DNA from: Desulfobacterales bacterium
Lineage (GTDB): Bacteria > Desulfobacterota > Desulfobacteria > Desulfobacterales > UBA2245
Length of the DNA stretch: 64,000 nt
Direction of reading: 5' to 3'
Assembly: GCA_040771865.1 (NCBI GenBank)
Contig: JAXGZF010000007.1
Location: 186,001 to 250,000 of the forward strand
The notes below the pieces were generated by a model. The model ran no database searches. It saw only the letters and a program-made list of their open reading frames with translations, and was not told where the DNA came from. Positions 30,175 to 40,030 of this stretch are shown here, piece by piece (positions within the stretch are counted from its first letter, which is position 1; every line of letters begins with the position of its first letter). The position numbers and the translations under genes are program-made.

Positions 30175-30711
30175 TTACTTGGTTCCGGTTTTGCCGGCCT
30201 TCCGCTGAATGTGTTCTTCAGCGTATTTAATCCCTTTACCCTTGTATGGTTCCGGAGGTCTCAGTCGACGAATGGCCGCAGCGGTCTGGCCAAGCAGTTC
30301 CTTATCTATTCCAGACAGTTTGACCAGATTTCGATCAATGGAAGCCGAGACTCCACTTGGAATTTTAAAATCAATGGAATGTGAATATCCCAAATTGAAC
30401 AAAATGCTGTCGCCCTTCAACTCAGCGCGGTATCCAATGCCGTTAATCTCCAGCACTCGTTCGTAGCCCTCGCTCACGCCCTTAACCATATTATTGATAA
30501 GATTTCGGGTCATTCCCTGAAACGCATCAGTAACTCTGTCCGGCTTAAGCGCAACAACCTTGAGTTCTTTATCTTCGATAACCAAGTCTACGGATGGATG
30601 AATGATGCGCTGAAGCTCTCCTTTGACACCTTTTACCGTCAGGGATCGATCTGAATAACTGACCTTGGTCTTATCTGGAATTGTAATCGGTTTCTTGCCT
30701 ACACGCGACAT
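30175..30711 (-). CDS. rplF: 50S ribosomal protein L6
   Basis: MSRVGKKPI, PEPYKGKGI. Confidence 0.98.
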   Translation of the reverse strand: MSRVGKKPITIPDKTKVSYSDRSLTVKGVKGELQRIIHPSVDLVIEDKELKVVALKPDRVTDAFQGMTRNLINNMVKGVSEGYERVLEINGIGYRAELKGDSILFNLGYSHSIDFKIPSGVSASIDRNLVKLSGIDKELLGQTAAAIRRLRPPEPYKGKGIKYAEEHIQRKAGKTGTK

Positions 30712-30728
30712 GTTATGCTCCTCATCTG

Positions 30729-31127
30729 CTACCAGATTTTGCAGAGAACCTCGCCCCCGATATTGTCTTTTCTTGCCTGGCTGTCGGTCAGAATTCCCTT
30801 GGACGTCGAAAGGACGGAAACTCCAAGATTATTGAAAACCGGCTGGATATCCTTGGCTTTACTATAGACACGCCGACTGGGCTTACTGACCCGCTCAATT
30901 CCGAAGATCGCATGGGTTCGTCCCTGCACATACTTCAAATAAATTCGCAATATGCCCTGCTTATCATCTTTGATGAATTTGTAGTTCTTAATAAAACCCT
31001 CATTTTTCAGAACTCTGGCCAAATCCACCTTGATTTTGGATCCGGGAATATCTACGCTGCTGAACTTCGCCTTTCCGGCGTTTCGTATGCGGGTTAGCAT
31101 ATCGGCAATCGGATCGGTAATCGTCAT
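30729..31127 (-). CDS. rpsH: 30S ribosomal protein S8
   Basis: TDPIADMLTRIRN, GGEVLC. Confidence 0.98.
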   Translation of the reverse strand: MTITDPIADMLTRIRNAGKAKFSSVDIPGSKIKVDLARVLKNEGFIKNYKFIKDDKQGILRIYLKYVQGRTHAIFGIERVSKPSRRVYSKAKDIQPVFNNLGVSVLSTSKGILTDSQARKDNIGGEVLCKIW

Positions 31128-31174
31128 TGCTTTCTCCGTCAAAAAAATTCAAATTTAATTATATTTTTAAAAAC

Positions 31175-31360
31175 TTACCAGCTGGATTTTATAACGCCCG
31201 GAAGTTTTCCTTCTGAAGCAAGCTTCCTGAAGCAAATACGACATATCCCAAATTTTCTCATATATGCTCTGGGCCGACCGCAAATGGGGCACCGATTATA
31301 CGATCGAACCTGAAATTTTGGTTTACTCATTGCCTTATTTCTAAGCGCTGTCTTTGCCAA
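31175..31360 (-). CDS. rpsZ: 30S ribosomal protein S14 (zinc-binding type Z)
   Basis: 61 aa, CPICGR...CRICFR. Confidence 0.97.
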   Translation of the reverse strand: MAKTALRNKAMSKPKFQVRSYNRCPICGRPRAYMRKFGICRICFRKLASEGKLPGVIKSSW

Positions 31361-31371
31361 AATCTTCCTCC

Positions 31372-31911
31372 TTAATTCCTGAAAGGCATTCCAAGAAGCT
31401 TGAGCAGTTCTTTTCCCTCGGCATCCGTATTTGCAGTCGTCACAACAGTAACATTAAGCCCTTTGATCTGGTCAATTTTATCATACTCAATTTCAGGAAA
31501 TATGATGTGCTCTTTAATCCCCAGCGAATAATTCCCCCGTCCATCAAACGATTTTCCCGAAATACCTTTAAAATCCCGTACACGCGGTAGAGCAACATTC
31601 ATCAATTTATTTAGAAAATCAAGCATTTTCCCTCGACGAAGCGTCACCATGCAACCGATCGGCATACCTTCGCGCAGCTTGAATGCAGCAATGGATTTTT
31701 TTGCTCGCGTTACAACGGGTTTTTGACCGGCAATCAACGAGAGCTCTTCGGCAGCGGAATCCAACAGCTTAATATTCTGAATCGCATCACCCAAGCCCAT
31801 ATTCAGTACAATTTTTTCCAGTTTAGGAATCTGCATCTTGTTGGTGTACTTAAATTTTTCCACCAGCTTGGGCACAACTTCGTTTTCGTAATACTGTTTT
31901 AAATCAGACAT
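31372..31911 (-). CDS. rplE: 50S ribosomal protein L5
   Basis: [18 protein letters not shown]. Confidence 0.98.
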   Translation of the reverse strand: MSDLKQYYENEVVPKLVEKFKYTNKMQIPKLEKIVLNMGLGDAIQNIKLLDSAAEELSLIAGQKPVVTRAKKSIAAFKLREGMPIGCMVTLRRGKMLDFLNKLMNVALPRVRDFKGISGKSFDGRGNYSLGIKEHIIFPEIEYDKIDQIKGLNVTVVTTANTDAEGKELLKLLGMPFRN

Positions 31912-31933
31912 TCCATTCCTCCGGCAATCCAGC

Positions 31934-32263
31934 CTAAGCGTCAATAATCTCGCTGCATTTTCGACAGACTCGAACTTTTTTACCATCATCCAGCGTCTTG
32001 AATTGAATTCGAATCGGAGCCAGGCACTTATTGCACACCAGCATGACGTTGGACCAGTGAATTGGCGCCGGACCTTCAATTATTCCGCCCTGGCGATTCT
32101 TAACATTGGGTCTGGTATGCCGCTTGATGATATTGATATTTTCAACCAATACGCGGTTTTTTTTCTGAAATACCTTTATAACCTTGCTGATCTTGCCCTT
32201 GTCTTTACCAGCAAGAATTTTAACTTTATCATCCTTTTTTATAAGGCATCTTTTTTCAATCAT
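31934..32263 (-). CDS. rplX: 50S ribosomal protein L24
   Basis: KOW motif [17 protein letters not shown]. Confidence 0.97.
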   Translation of the reverse strand: MIEKRCLIKKDDKVKILAGKDKGKISKVIKVFQKKNRVLVENINIIKRHTRPNVKNRQGGIIEGPAPIHWSNVMLVCNKCLAPIRIQFKTLDDGKKVRVCRKCSEIIDA

Positions 32264-32291
32264 TGGCCATTCTCCACAAGGCACGAAACGT

Positions 32292-32660
32292 CTAAATGAC
32301 TTCCGGTGCCAGCGAAACAATTTTCATAAACCGCTTGGCCCGAAGCTCTCTTGCGACAGGACCAAAAATACGTGTTCCAATCGGCTCGCGGCTCTGATTA
32401 ATCACCACTGCTGAATTGTCGTCAAATCGAATATAGGAGCCGTCAGGCCTTCGAATTTCCTTTTTGGTACGAACCACGACCGCCTTAAGAATATCGCCTT
32501 TTTTCACCTTGGCATTGGGTATGGCTTCCTTGACACTGACAACAATAATATCTCCGATATCAGCGTATCTTCGCCTGGAACCTCCCAACACCTTGATGCA
32601 GTAGAGCACCTTTGCTCCGGAATTATCCGCCGCCGTCAACCTTGTCTCTGCCTGGATCAT
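32292..32660 (-). CDS. rplN: 50S ribosomal protein L14
   Basis: [22 protein letters not shown]. Confidence 0.98.
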   Translation of the reverse strand: MIQAETRLTAADNSGAKVLYCIKVLGGSRRRYADIGDIIVVSVKEAIPNAKVKKGDILKAVVVRTKKEIRRPDGSYIRFDDNSAVVINQSREPIGTRIFGPVARELRAKRFMKIVSLAPEVI

Positions 32661-32675
32661 TGCTCTATCTTTCCT

Positions 32676-32939
32676 TTAAAATCTGACCGCTTTTTCAACT
32701 ATCTTACTGATCCGCCAGCGCTTTGTCCGGCTGAGAGGCCGCGACTCGCTGATCAATACCTTGTCACCGATCTGGCAAGCTTTTTTCTCATCGTGCGCGG
32801 CAAATTTAGCCCGCCGCCTGATGTATTTTTGATAGAGCGGATGCCTCACCAATCGTTCAACCAGCACAACGACTGTTTTGTCCATTTTATCGCTGATCAC
32901 GGTTCCAACAACTTGCCTTTTCATTCCTCTGTTTTTCAT
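32676..32939 (-). CDS. rpsQ: 30S ribosomal protein S17
   Basis: SDKMDKTVVV, ESRPLSRTKRW; start uncertain (32939 or 32948). Confidence 0.97.
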   Translation of the reverse strand: MKNRGMKRQVVGTVISDKMDKTVVVLVERLVRHPLYQKYIRRRAKFAAHDEKKACQIGDKVLISESRPLSRTKRWRISKIVEKAVRF

Positions 32940-32948
32940 GGCCGCCAA

Positions 32949-33155
32949 CTATTCTTTATCGGTTTTGTGTAATTCAAATTCTCTGATAACCGTCTTCAAC
33001 CGCGCGATGTCATGCCTGGTTTCGACAAGCTTCCTGTTATTTTCTAATTGGCCCGTGCCATGTTGAAATCGCAGGTTAAACAATGACTCTTTTAATTCCT
33101 TAAGTTTCGCGAGTCGCTCATCAGCACTCAAACCTCGGATTTCAGTCATTTTCAT
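32949..33155 (-). CDS. rpmC: 50S ribosomal protein L29
   Basis: LFNLRFQ, DIARLKT. Confidence 0.97.
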   Translation of the reverse strand: MKMTEIRGLSADERLAKLKELKESLFNLRFQHGTGQLENNRKLVETRHDIARLKTVIREFELHKTDKE

Positions 33156-33568
33156 GACAACTCGCTCCTCTCAACAAAACGGGTTTTTATCGGCAGTTTA
33201 TGAGAAGCTAGCGTGAGCGCCTCTTTAGCTAATTCCCTGGAAACGCCCTGCATCTCATACAGTATTCTTCCTGGCTTTACGATGGCAACCCATCCTTCAG
33301 GGGCCCCTTTACCCTTCCCCATTCGGACTTCAGCAGGTTTTTTGGTAAAAGGCTTATCAGGAAATATACGTATCCACATCTTGCCGCCCCTTTTTACATG
33401 TCGGGTCATCGCAATACGGGCGGCTTCGATCTGCTTAGATGAAATGGCGCCGCATTCCGCAGCCTGAAGTCCGAATTCGCCAAAATTCAGAGTACTCCCC
33501 CGAAGAGCGACTCCTTTCATCCTTCCCTTTTGTTGCTTTCTAAACTTAACTTTTTTTGGACTCAGCAT
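33152..33568 (-). CDS. rplP: 50S ribosomal protein L16
   Basis: EVRMGKGKG. Confidence 0.98.
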   Translation of the reverse strand: MLSPKKVKFRKQQKGRMKGVALRGSTLNFGEFGLQAAECGAISSKQIEAARIAMTRHVKRGGKMWIRIFPDKPFTKKPAEVRMGKGKGAPEGWVAIVKPGRILYEMQGVSRELAKEALTLASHKLPIKTRFVERSELS

Positions 33569-33592
33569 GCGCTATATCTCCTCATTCGGTTG

Positions 33593-34243
33593 CTATCTGC
33601 CGACTTCAACCTCATCCTGCTTTAATATTTCACCCTTAAATATAAATACTTTAACGCCGATAGCGCCGTATGTGGTGCGTGCTTCCGTAAATCCGTAATC
33701 AATGTCTGCTCGAAGTGTATGCAGCGGCACTCTGCCCTCGCGATACCACTCAGTTCTGGCCATTTCAGCGCCAGCAAGCCGCCCCGCACAAATAATCTTG
33801 ACACCCTGAGCTCCAAATCTCATGGCAGAGGTTACACCGCGTTTCATGGCCCTCCGGAATGCCACGCGCCGCTCAATCTGCATGGCAACATTTTCGGCCA
33901 GAAGCTGAGCATCGATTTCCGGTTTGCGTACTTCCTGAATATCAATCATCACTTCATGCGAAGTCAGTTTTTCGAGGTCTTTCTTCAGCAAAGCAATTTC
34001 AGCGCCTTTTTTCCCGATCACGATTCCCGGCCTGGCCGTAAAAATGCGGAGCCTGACACGCTTGCTCGATCTTTCGATTTCGATTCGCGATAAACCGGCA
34101 TGCTGAAGCTTTTGCTTTATAAACTTCCGGATTTTAAAATCTTCCAAAATATAATCGGAATACTTTTTACCAGCATACCAGTGCGACTCCCACGTCTTGA
34201 CGATGCGTAACCTCAACCCGATCGGATTTACTTTTTGACCCAA
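33593..34243 (-). CDS. rpsC: 30S ribosomal protein S3
   Basis: [26 protein letters not shown]. Confidence 0.98.
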   Translation of the reverse strand: MGQKVNPIGLRLRIVKTWESHWYAGKKYSDYILEDFKIRKFIKQKLQHAGLSRIEIERSSKRVRLRIFTARPGIVIGKKGAEIALLKKDLEKLTSHEVMIDIQEVRKPEIDAQLLAENVAMQIERRVAFRRAMKRGVTSAMRFGAQGVKIICAGRLAGAEMARTEWYREGRVPLHTLRADIDYGFTEARTTYGAIGVKVFIFKGEILKQDEVEVGR

Positions 34244-34259
34244 GCGCTTACCTCCTTGT

Positions 34260-34607
34260 TTACATCGACCCTTCGGCTAATATAACTGTAATATGAGAAG
34301 TTCTTTTTAAAATCCGGGCACCTCTACCTCTCGCGCGGGGTCGGAATCTTTTCAACATAGACCCCTGGTCAACGAATATATTGCGAACAATTAAGGAATC
34401 GATATCGATATCCGGCTTTTGATCGGCATTTGCCACAGCGGAACGCATGACCTTCTCAACAATTCCGGCTGACTTTTGCGGCATGAACTTCAGCGCGTTG
34501 AGCGCCGACTCCACAGATCTGCCCTTCACGGCGCCGACAAGCGCTCGGACCTTCTGAGGAGAAATACGCGCATATCGCAATACTGCTTTAACCTCGAGTT
34601 CAGACAT
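34260..34607 (-). CDS. rplV: 50S ribosomal protein L22
   Basis: PRARGRG, TSHITV. Confidence 0.98.
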   Translation of the reverse strand: MSELEVKAVLRYARISPQKVRALVGAVKGRSVESALNALKFMPQKSAGIVEKVMRSAVANADQKPDIDIDSLIVRNIFVDQGSMLKRFRPRARGRGARILKRTSHITVILAEGSM

Positions 34608-34621
34608 TCCTTTTCTCCACC

Positions 34622-34903
34622 TTACTTCTTCAATTTGGATTTTTTATCACCTGCGTGGCCATAGAAAGTCCGTGTCGGTGAAAATTCACCCAACTTATGA
34701 CCCACCATGTTTTCAGTGACAAAAACAGGGATAAATTTTTTGCCGTTATGAACAGCGAGTGTAATTCCGACCATCTCAGGCACTATTGTCGATCGCCGTG
34801 ACCATGTCTTGATGACCTTACTGCTTCGCACATCCTGGGATGAAGTCAACTTAAGAAGCAGTTTCGGCTCAATATAAGGACCCTTTTTTAATGATCGTGG
34901 CAT
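34622..34903 (-). CDS. rpsS: 30S ribosomal protein S19
   Basis: [16 protein letters not shown]. Confidence 0.98.
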   Translation of the reverse strand: MPRSLKKGPYIEPKLLLKLTSSQDVRSSKVIKTWSRRSTIVPEMVGITLAVHNGKKFIPVFVTENMVGHKLGEFSPTRTFYGHAGDKKSKLKK

Positions 34904-34966
34904 ATTTTCTCCTGATATCGTTTATAATATGTCGCTCTAGCGACAATTCACTGGCTTTTCCCGCGA

Positions 34967-35788
34967 TTATTTGCGGCGTTTAATTATGTACTGATTGCTC
35001 TTTTTGTTTTTCCGCGTCCGATACCCTTTTGAAGGGACCCCCCAGGGACTGCAAGGATGACGGCCTCCGGAAGAGCGCCCTTCACCGCCACCCATCGGGT
35101 GGTCAACAGGATTCATCGCAACGCCACGGACCTTGGGTCGCCGGCCCAGCCATCTTTTACGGCCCGCTTTGCCCAAGGAGACATTCTCATGCGTAACATT
35201 CCCAAGCTGGCCCACGGTGGCCTTGCATTCAAGCAAAATCATGCGAACTTCACCCGAGGGAAGCTTGATTAGCGCATATCGATCTTCCTTCGCCATCAGT
35301 TGTGCAAAGGCACCCGCGCTTCTTACGATCTGCCCGCCCCTTCCGATTCGAAGCTCGATATTGTGAATATGCGTACCCAAGGGGATATTCCTCAGTGGAA
35401 GCGCATTACCCGGTTTTATATCCGCTTCAGGTCCGCAGATAATTGTGTCGTTGACCTTTAAATTCAGCGGCGCAAGAATGTAGCGCTTCTCCCCGTCAAT
35501 GTAATGCAGCAATGCGATTCGAGCTGATCGATTCGGATCATATTCGATGGTTGCAACCCTTGCCGGTATGCCGATCTTATCGCGCTTGAAATCAATCATT
35601 CGGTACTGTCTGCGGCTTCCGCCGCCTCTGTGCCTGCAGGTGATTCTGCCGTTCGAATTCCGGCCGCCATTCTTTTTAACAACTTTCAACAGACTTTTCT
35701 CGGGCGTCGCACAGGTAATTTCCTCAAATGTAGAATAATCCTGGAATCGGCGACCTGGTGATGTCGGTTTAACTTTTTTAACTGCCAT
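34967..35788 (-). CDS. rplB: 50S ribosomal protein L2
   Basis: [25 protein letters not shown]. Confidence 0.98.
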   Translation of the reverse strand: MAVKKVKPTSPGRRFQDYSTFEEITCATPEKSLLKVVKKNGGRNSNGRITCRHRGGGSRRQYRMIDFKRDKIGIPARVATIEYDPNRSARIALLHYIDGEKRYILAPLNLKVNDTIICGPEADIKPGNALPLRNIPLGTHIHNIELRIGRGGQIVRSAGAFAQLMAKEDRYALIKLPSGEVRMILLECKATVGQLGNVTHENVSLGKAGRKRWLGRRPKVRGVAMNPVDHPMGGGEGRSSGGRHPCSPWGVPSKGYRTRKNKKSNQYIIKRRK

Positions 35789-35802
35789 GTTGTACTCCCA
35801 GC

Positions 35803-36090
35803 TTAGATTCCTTCGAAGAAATCAATTCTTTCACCCGGCATTAATGTCACAATCGCTTTTTTATAATCCCGGCGTTTTCCCAAAATCCGACCGCGTCGCT
35901 TAATCTTGCCTTTCAACTGCATGGTACGGACTCCGGCAACCTTCACTTTAAAAATATTTTCAATCGCCTTTTTGATTTCAACCCGATTTGCCTGACGACC
36001 CACCTCAAAAGTGACCTGATTGGAACTCTCTTTCTGTACGTTGGTCTTTTCAGTTATCAGAGGCCGTTTGATTATATCGTACTGAATCAT
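35803..36090 (-). CDS. rplW: 50S ribosomal protein L23
   Basis: PLITEK, KKAIVTL. Confidence 0.98.
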   Translation of the reverse strand: MIQYDIIKRPLITEKTNVQKESSNQVTFEVGRQANRVEIKKAIENIFKVKVAGVRTMQLKGKIKRRGRILGKRRDYKKAIVTLMPGERIDFFEGI

Positions 36091-36710
36091 GAGAGCAACC
36101 TCCCCTCAATCTGCTTGATCGAAGGCTCAAGCAGGATCAGGTTCTCGTACTTTAAGATGTCATATACGTTCAGACCCTCGGACCGCATGATTTTGACATT
36201 CTGAACATTCCGTGACGAAAGATTCAACTTTTCATCCGCAGCATCCGTGACAATCAGTGCGTTTTTGACCTTTAGTGACTTGACAATCTTGACAAAATCC
36301 TTGGTTTTAATTTGATCAAGCTCAATCTTGTTCATCACCAAAAGGCTATTGGTCTGAAACTTTGAACTCAATGCCATTTTAAGGGCCAGCTTTCTGACTT
36401 TTTTTGGCATTTTGTAGGCGTATGATCTCGGATCAGGGCCAAAGATGACTCCCCCGCCTCTGAGCAAAGGCGATTTAATATCACCCTTTCGGGCTCTGCC
36501 GGTACCTTTCTGGCGATATAGTTTCCGCGTGCTTCCGCTGACATCGGATCGCCTTTTTACAGAGGCTGAACCCGCTCGCCGGGCCGCCAACTGCATCGTC
36601 ACAACCCCGTGAAGCACACTTGCCTTGACCGGCACGTTAAATATGGAATCTGAAAGGTCAATTTCAGAAACCCTATCTCCTGAGCTATTAAGTACTTCGA
36701 TGACAGCCAT
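36087..36710 (-). CDS. rplD: 50S ribosomal protein L4
   Basis: [11 protein letters not shown]. Confidence 0.98.
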   Translation of the reverse strand: MAVIEVLNSSGDRVSEIDLSDSIFNVPVKASVLHGVVTMQLAARRAGSASVKRRSDVSGSTRKLYRQKGTGRARKGDIKSPLLRGGGVIFGPDPRSYAYKMPKKVRKLALKMALSSKFQTNSLLVMNKIELDQIKTKDFVKIVKSLKVKNALIVTDAADEKLNLSSRNVQNVKIMRSEGLNVYDILKYENLILLEPSIKQIEGRLLS

Positions 36711-36783
36711 ATTTTCCTCACTGCAAGCTAAAAGCCTTGGCCTGAATAGCTTGTTATCGCTATGTGAACCGGGCTCGATTCCT

Positions 36784-37410
36784 TTATCGTATATTCTTAT
36801 GAATCAGGACAAAGCCCAAACGGGATCCTGGAATCGCACCCTTTAACAAAATCAGGTTATCCTCCGGGCGGACACCGACTACTTCCAAATTCTTGACCGT
36901 TTTGCGGGTATTGCCATATTGACCAGGCATTTTTTTGCCCTTAAGGATTCTTGATGGCCATGCACTGCAGCCAACGGATCCGGGTATTCTATGACAATGA
37001 CCGCCATGAGTTTTACTGCCGCCATGAAAGCCGTGCCGCCGAATAACACCCGAGAACCCCCTGCCCTTGGTGGTTCCACTGACGTCCACCCGTTCTCCAA
37101 CCTTAAATATTTCTGAGGTGATAACCTGCCCCAAGCTGTATCCATCCAAATTTTCAACGCCGAATTCCCGCAAAAATTCGAAACAGGCATTTCCGCTTTT
37201 TTTGAAATGGCCTCGCATCGGTTTATTGACTCTCGATTCTTTTTTTTCGCCGAAACCAAGTTGCAAGGAATCATAGCCGTCTGTGGCAATTGTTTTGATC
37301 TGAGTCACAACACACGGTCCGGTCTTTACAACAGTTACCGGGATATATTTCCCGTCCGCAGTAAAAATACCGGCCATCCCCAGTTTTTTGCCTATCAATC
37401 CTCTACTCAT
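36784..37410 (-). CDS. rplC: 50S ribosomal protein L3
   Basis: [21 protein letters not shown]. Confidence 0.98.
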   Translation of the reverse strand: MSRGLIGKKLGMAGIFTADGKYIPVTVVKTGPCVVTQIKTIATDGYDSLQLGFGEKKESRVNKPMRGHFKKSGNACFEFLREFGVENLDGYSLGQVITSEIFKVGERVDVSGTTKGRGFSGVIRRHGFHGGSKTHGGHCHRIPGSVGCSAWPSRILKGKKMPGQYGNTRKTVKNLEVVGVRPEDNLILLKGAIPGSRLGFVLIHKNIR

Positions 37411-37422
37411 CGCAAGCTATCC

Positions 37423-37734
37423 CTATAGTTTTATTTCAACATCCACTCCCGGAGAAAGGTCCAGCTTCATCAACGCGTCCACCGTCTGCTGCGTCGGCTC
37501 AAGAATATCCAGCAAACGTTTGTGGGTTCGAATTTCAAACTGTTCTCGAGACTTTTTGTCGATATGAGGAGAACGCAGCACACAGAATTTATTGATCCGC
37601 GTCGGAAGCGGAATGGGGCCAATCACCTTTGCGCCCGTCTTTTTTGCTGTATCATAAATATCCGAAGCCGACTGATCCAGGAGCTTATGGTCGTAAGCTT
37701 TAAGCCTGATCCTGATTTTGGAATTCATTATCAT
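37423..37734 (-). CDS. rpsJ: 30S ribosomal protein S10
   Basis: [18 protein letters not shown]. Confidence 0.98.
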   Translation of the reverse strand: MIMNSKIRIRLKAYDHKLLDQSASDIYDTAKKTGAKVIGPIPLPTRINKFCVLRSPHIDKKSREQFEIRTHKRLLDILEPTQQTVDALMKLDLSPGVDVEIKL

Positions 37735-37747
37735 TGCTGATTCCCCA

Positions 37748-38941
37748 TTATTGAATAATTTCGCTGACCACGCCGGCGCCGACAGTTCGGCCGCCCTCAC
37801 GGATCGCAAATCTGAGCTCTTTTTCCATCGCTATCGGTGTGATCAGCTCCACGCTGATCGTCACATTGTCTCCCGGCATGATCATCTCTACGCCCTCCGG
37901 CAACGACAACACACCTGTCACATCCGTCGTCCGAAAATAAAACTGAGGCCGGTATCCATTGAAAAACGGCGTATGACGCCCGCCTTCCTCTTTGCTCAAA
38001 ATGTACACCTCGGCCTTGAACTTCGTATGCGGCGTTATCGAACCCGGCTTCGATACTACCTGACCACGCTCCACTTCCTCCCGCTTGGTCCCCCGAAGCA
38101 ACAATCCTACATTGTCTCCCGCCTGCCCCACATCCAGCAGTTTGCGGAACATCTCCACTCCCGTGCATACCGTCTTGAACGTCGGCCGAATACCTACAAT
38201 CTCAACTTCCTCACCCACCTTCACCTGGCCTCGCTCTACACGGCCCGTCACCACAGTACCACGCCCAGAAATGCTGAATACATCCTCTACAGGCATCAAA
38301 AAAGGCTTGTCAATCTCGCGCTGCGGCTCAGGAATAAACGTGTCTATCGCATCCATCAACTCAAATATGCATTTCGCCTCCGCACTGTTCGGATCGTCAC
38401 TCTCCAGCGCCTTCAACGCACTCCCTCGAATGATCGGCGTCTCGTCCCCGGGAAACTCATACTTGTCCAAAAGCTCCCGAAGCTCCAACTCCACCAGCTC
38501 GATCAGTTCCTCGTCGTCCACCATGTCGCACTTGTTCAAAAATACCACTATCCGGGGCACACCCACCTGCCGAGCCAGCAATATGTGCTCACGCGTCTGC
38601 GGCATCGGTCCGTCGTCAGCACCTACCACCAGTATCGCTCCATCCATCTGCGCCGCACCCGTGATCATGTTCTTGATATAGTCCGCATGACCCGGACAGT
38701 CCACATGGGCATAATGACGCTTCTCCGTCTGATACTCCACATGCGCCGTCGCTATCGTGATCCCCCGCGCCTTCTCCTCCGGCGCCTTGTCTATCTGATC
38801 AAACGGCACAAAATCCGCCAACCCCTTCAATCCCATATGCTTCGTGATCGCCGCTGTCAACGTCGTCTTTCCATGGTCTATATGACCTATCGTACCCACA
38901 TTCACGTGCGGCTTCGTTCGCTCAAATTTCTCCTTCGCCAT
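37748..38941 (-). CDS. tuf: elongation factor Tu (copy in str position)
   Basis: [26 protein letters not shown]. Confidence 0.99.
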   Translation of the reverse strand: MAKEKFERTKPHVNVGTIGHIDHGKTTLTAAITKHMGLKGLADFVPFDQIDKAPEEKARGITIATAHVEYQTEKRHYAHVDCPGHADYIKNMITGAAQMDGAILVVGADDGPMPQTREHILLARQVGVPRIVVFLNKCDMVDDEELIELVELELRELLDKYEFPGDETPIIRGSALKALESDDPNSAEAKCIFELMDAIDTFIPEPQREIDKPFLMPVEDVFSISGRGTVVTGRVERGQVKVGEEVEIVGIRPTFKTVCTGVEMFRKLLDVGQAGDNVGLLLRGTKREEVERGQVVSKPGSITPHTKFKAEVYILSKEEGGRHTPFFNGYRPQFYFRTTDVTGVLSLPEGVEMIMPGDNVTISVELITPIAMEKELRFAIREGGRTVGAGVVSEIIQ

Positions 38942-39001
38942 CTCGTCCTCCCCTGCAAAGCGGGCAACCTTTTGTTGCACCCCAAATCAAAATCTAATCC
39001 A

Positions 39002-39472
39002 TTACCAACGGAAATGCGCAAACGCCTTGTTCGCTTCGGCCATCTTGTGAGTATCTTCCTTCTTCTTGACCGATGCACCCCTGTTCTCAATGGCATCCAG
39101 CAACTCAGCGGCCAGCTTTCGAGCCATACCCTGTTCGGAACGACCTCTGGCATATCCGATGATCCATCGAATTGCCAATGCCGTTCTTCGGGAAGACCTA
39201 ATTTCGGTTGGCACCTGATAGGTTGAGCCTCCAACCCGACGGGACTTCACCTCTATGATTGGCCGTACATTGTCAACCGCCGATTCAAAAACCTTCAGCG
39301 GGTGCTCCTTGGTTTTATCGCCAATGATATCCAGCGCTCTGTAAACCATCGCTTCCGCTGTACTTCTCTTGCCGTCATTCATGATGCAACTGATAAACTT
39401 GGCCAGCAGCTTGCTGTTATATTTCGAATCGGGGATTATTGTCCGCTCAGGAACTTCTCTTCTTCTCGGCAT
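39002..39472 (-). CDS. rpsG: 30S ribosomal protein S7
   Basis: [24 protein letters not shown]. Confidence 0.98.
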   Translation of the reverse strand: MPRRREVPERTIIPDSKYNSKLLAKFISCIMNDGKRSTAEAMVYRALDIIGDKTKEHPLKVFESAVDNVRPIIEVKSRRVGGSTYQVPTEIRSSRRTALAIRWIIGYARGRSEQGMARKLAAELLDAIENRGASVKKKEDTHKMAEANKAFAHFRW

Positions 39473-39508
39473 ACGCTATACACCCTATTTACTTGTTCAT
39501 AACCATGG

Positions 39509-39880
39509 CTATTTCGGCTTCTTCGCGCCATACTTCGATCGTCCTTGTTTTCGATCCTCAACCCCAAGGGCATCCAATGTACCTCGAACGATATGATATC
39601 GAACACCCGGCAAGTCTTTGACTCGTCCGCCACGGACCAGAACCACGGAATGCTCCTGAAGATTATGGCCGATACCTGGTATATACGCCGTAACTTCGAT
39701 ACCGGTAGTCAGACGAACCCTAGCGACTTTACGCAAAGCCGAATTTGGCTTTTTGGGCGTCGACGTATAGACACGCGTACAAACCCCCCGCTTTTGAGGG
39801 CCCCCTTTCAGCGCAGGCGTACTGTTCTTTTTAATGGTTCGTTTTCTACCCAGTCGTACAAGCTGATTAATAGTCGGCAT
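39509..39880 (-). CDS. rpsL: 30S ribosomal protein S12
   Basis: [17 protein letters not shown]. Confidence 0.99.
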   Translation of the reverse strand: MPTINQLVRLGRKRTIKKNSTPALKGGPQKRGVCTRVYTSTPKKPNSALRKVARVRLTTGIEVTAYIPGIGHNLQEHSVVLVRGGRVKDLPGVRYHIVRGTLDALGVEDRKQGRSKYGAKKPK

Positions 39881-39939
39881 GTGTTTCCCTCAATCCTTCT
39901 CCACTTCATTCATTTGGTATCTCTGCAAAAAGACTTCGT

Positions 39940-39968
39940 TTAGTAAACAGATCCGCATGAATTGTCAA
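39940..39968 (-). promoter_or_regulatory. sigma70 promoter upstream of rpsL
   Basis: TTGACA-N17-TACTAA on the minus strand. Confidence 0.65.
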
Positions 39969-40030
39969 GCCTTTTATTTTAAATGGGCGGGTTTTTGCCG
40001 GCCCGTTGAAAAACGTCGCATCAGATTCTT

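Noticed and set aside
37718..39226. 502-aa plus-strand ORF (and its 359-aa twin at 52561-53640)
   Set aside because: Antisense shadows of tuf/rpsG caused by codon bias; no recognisable motifs.
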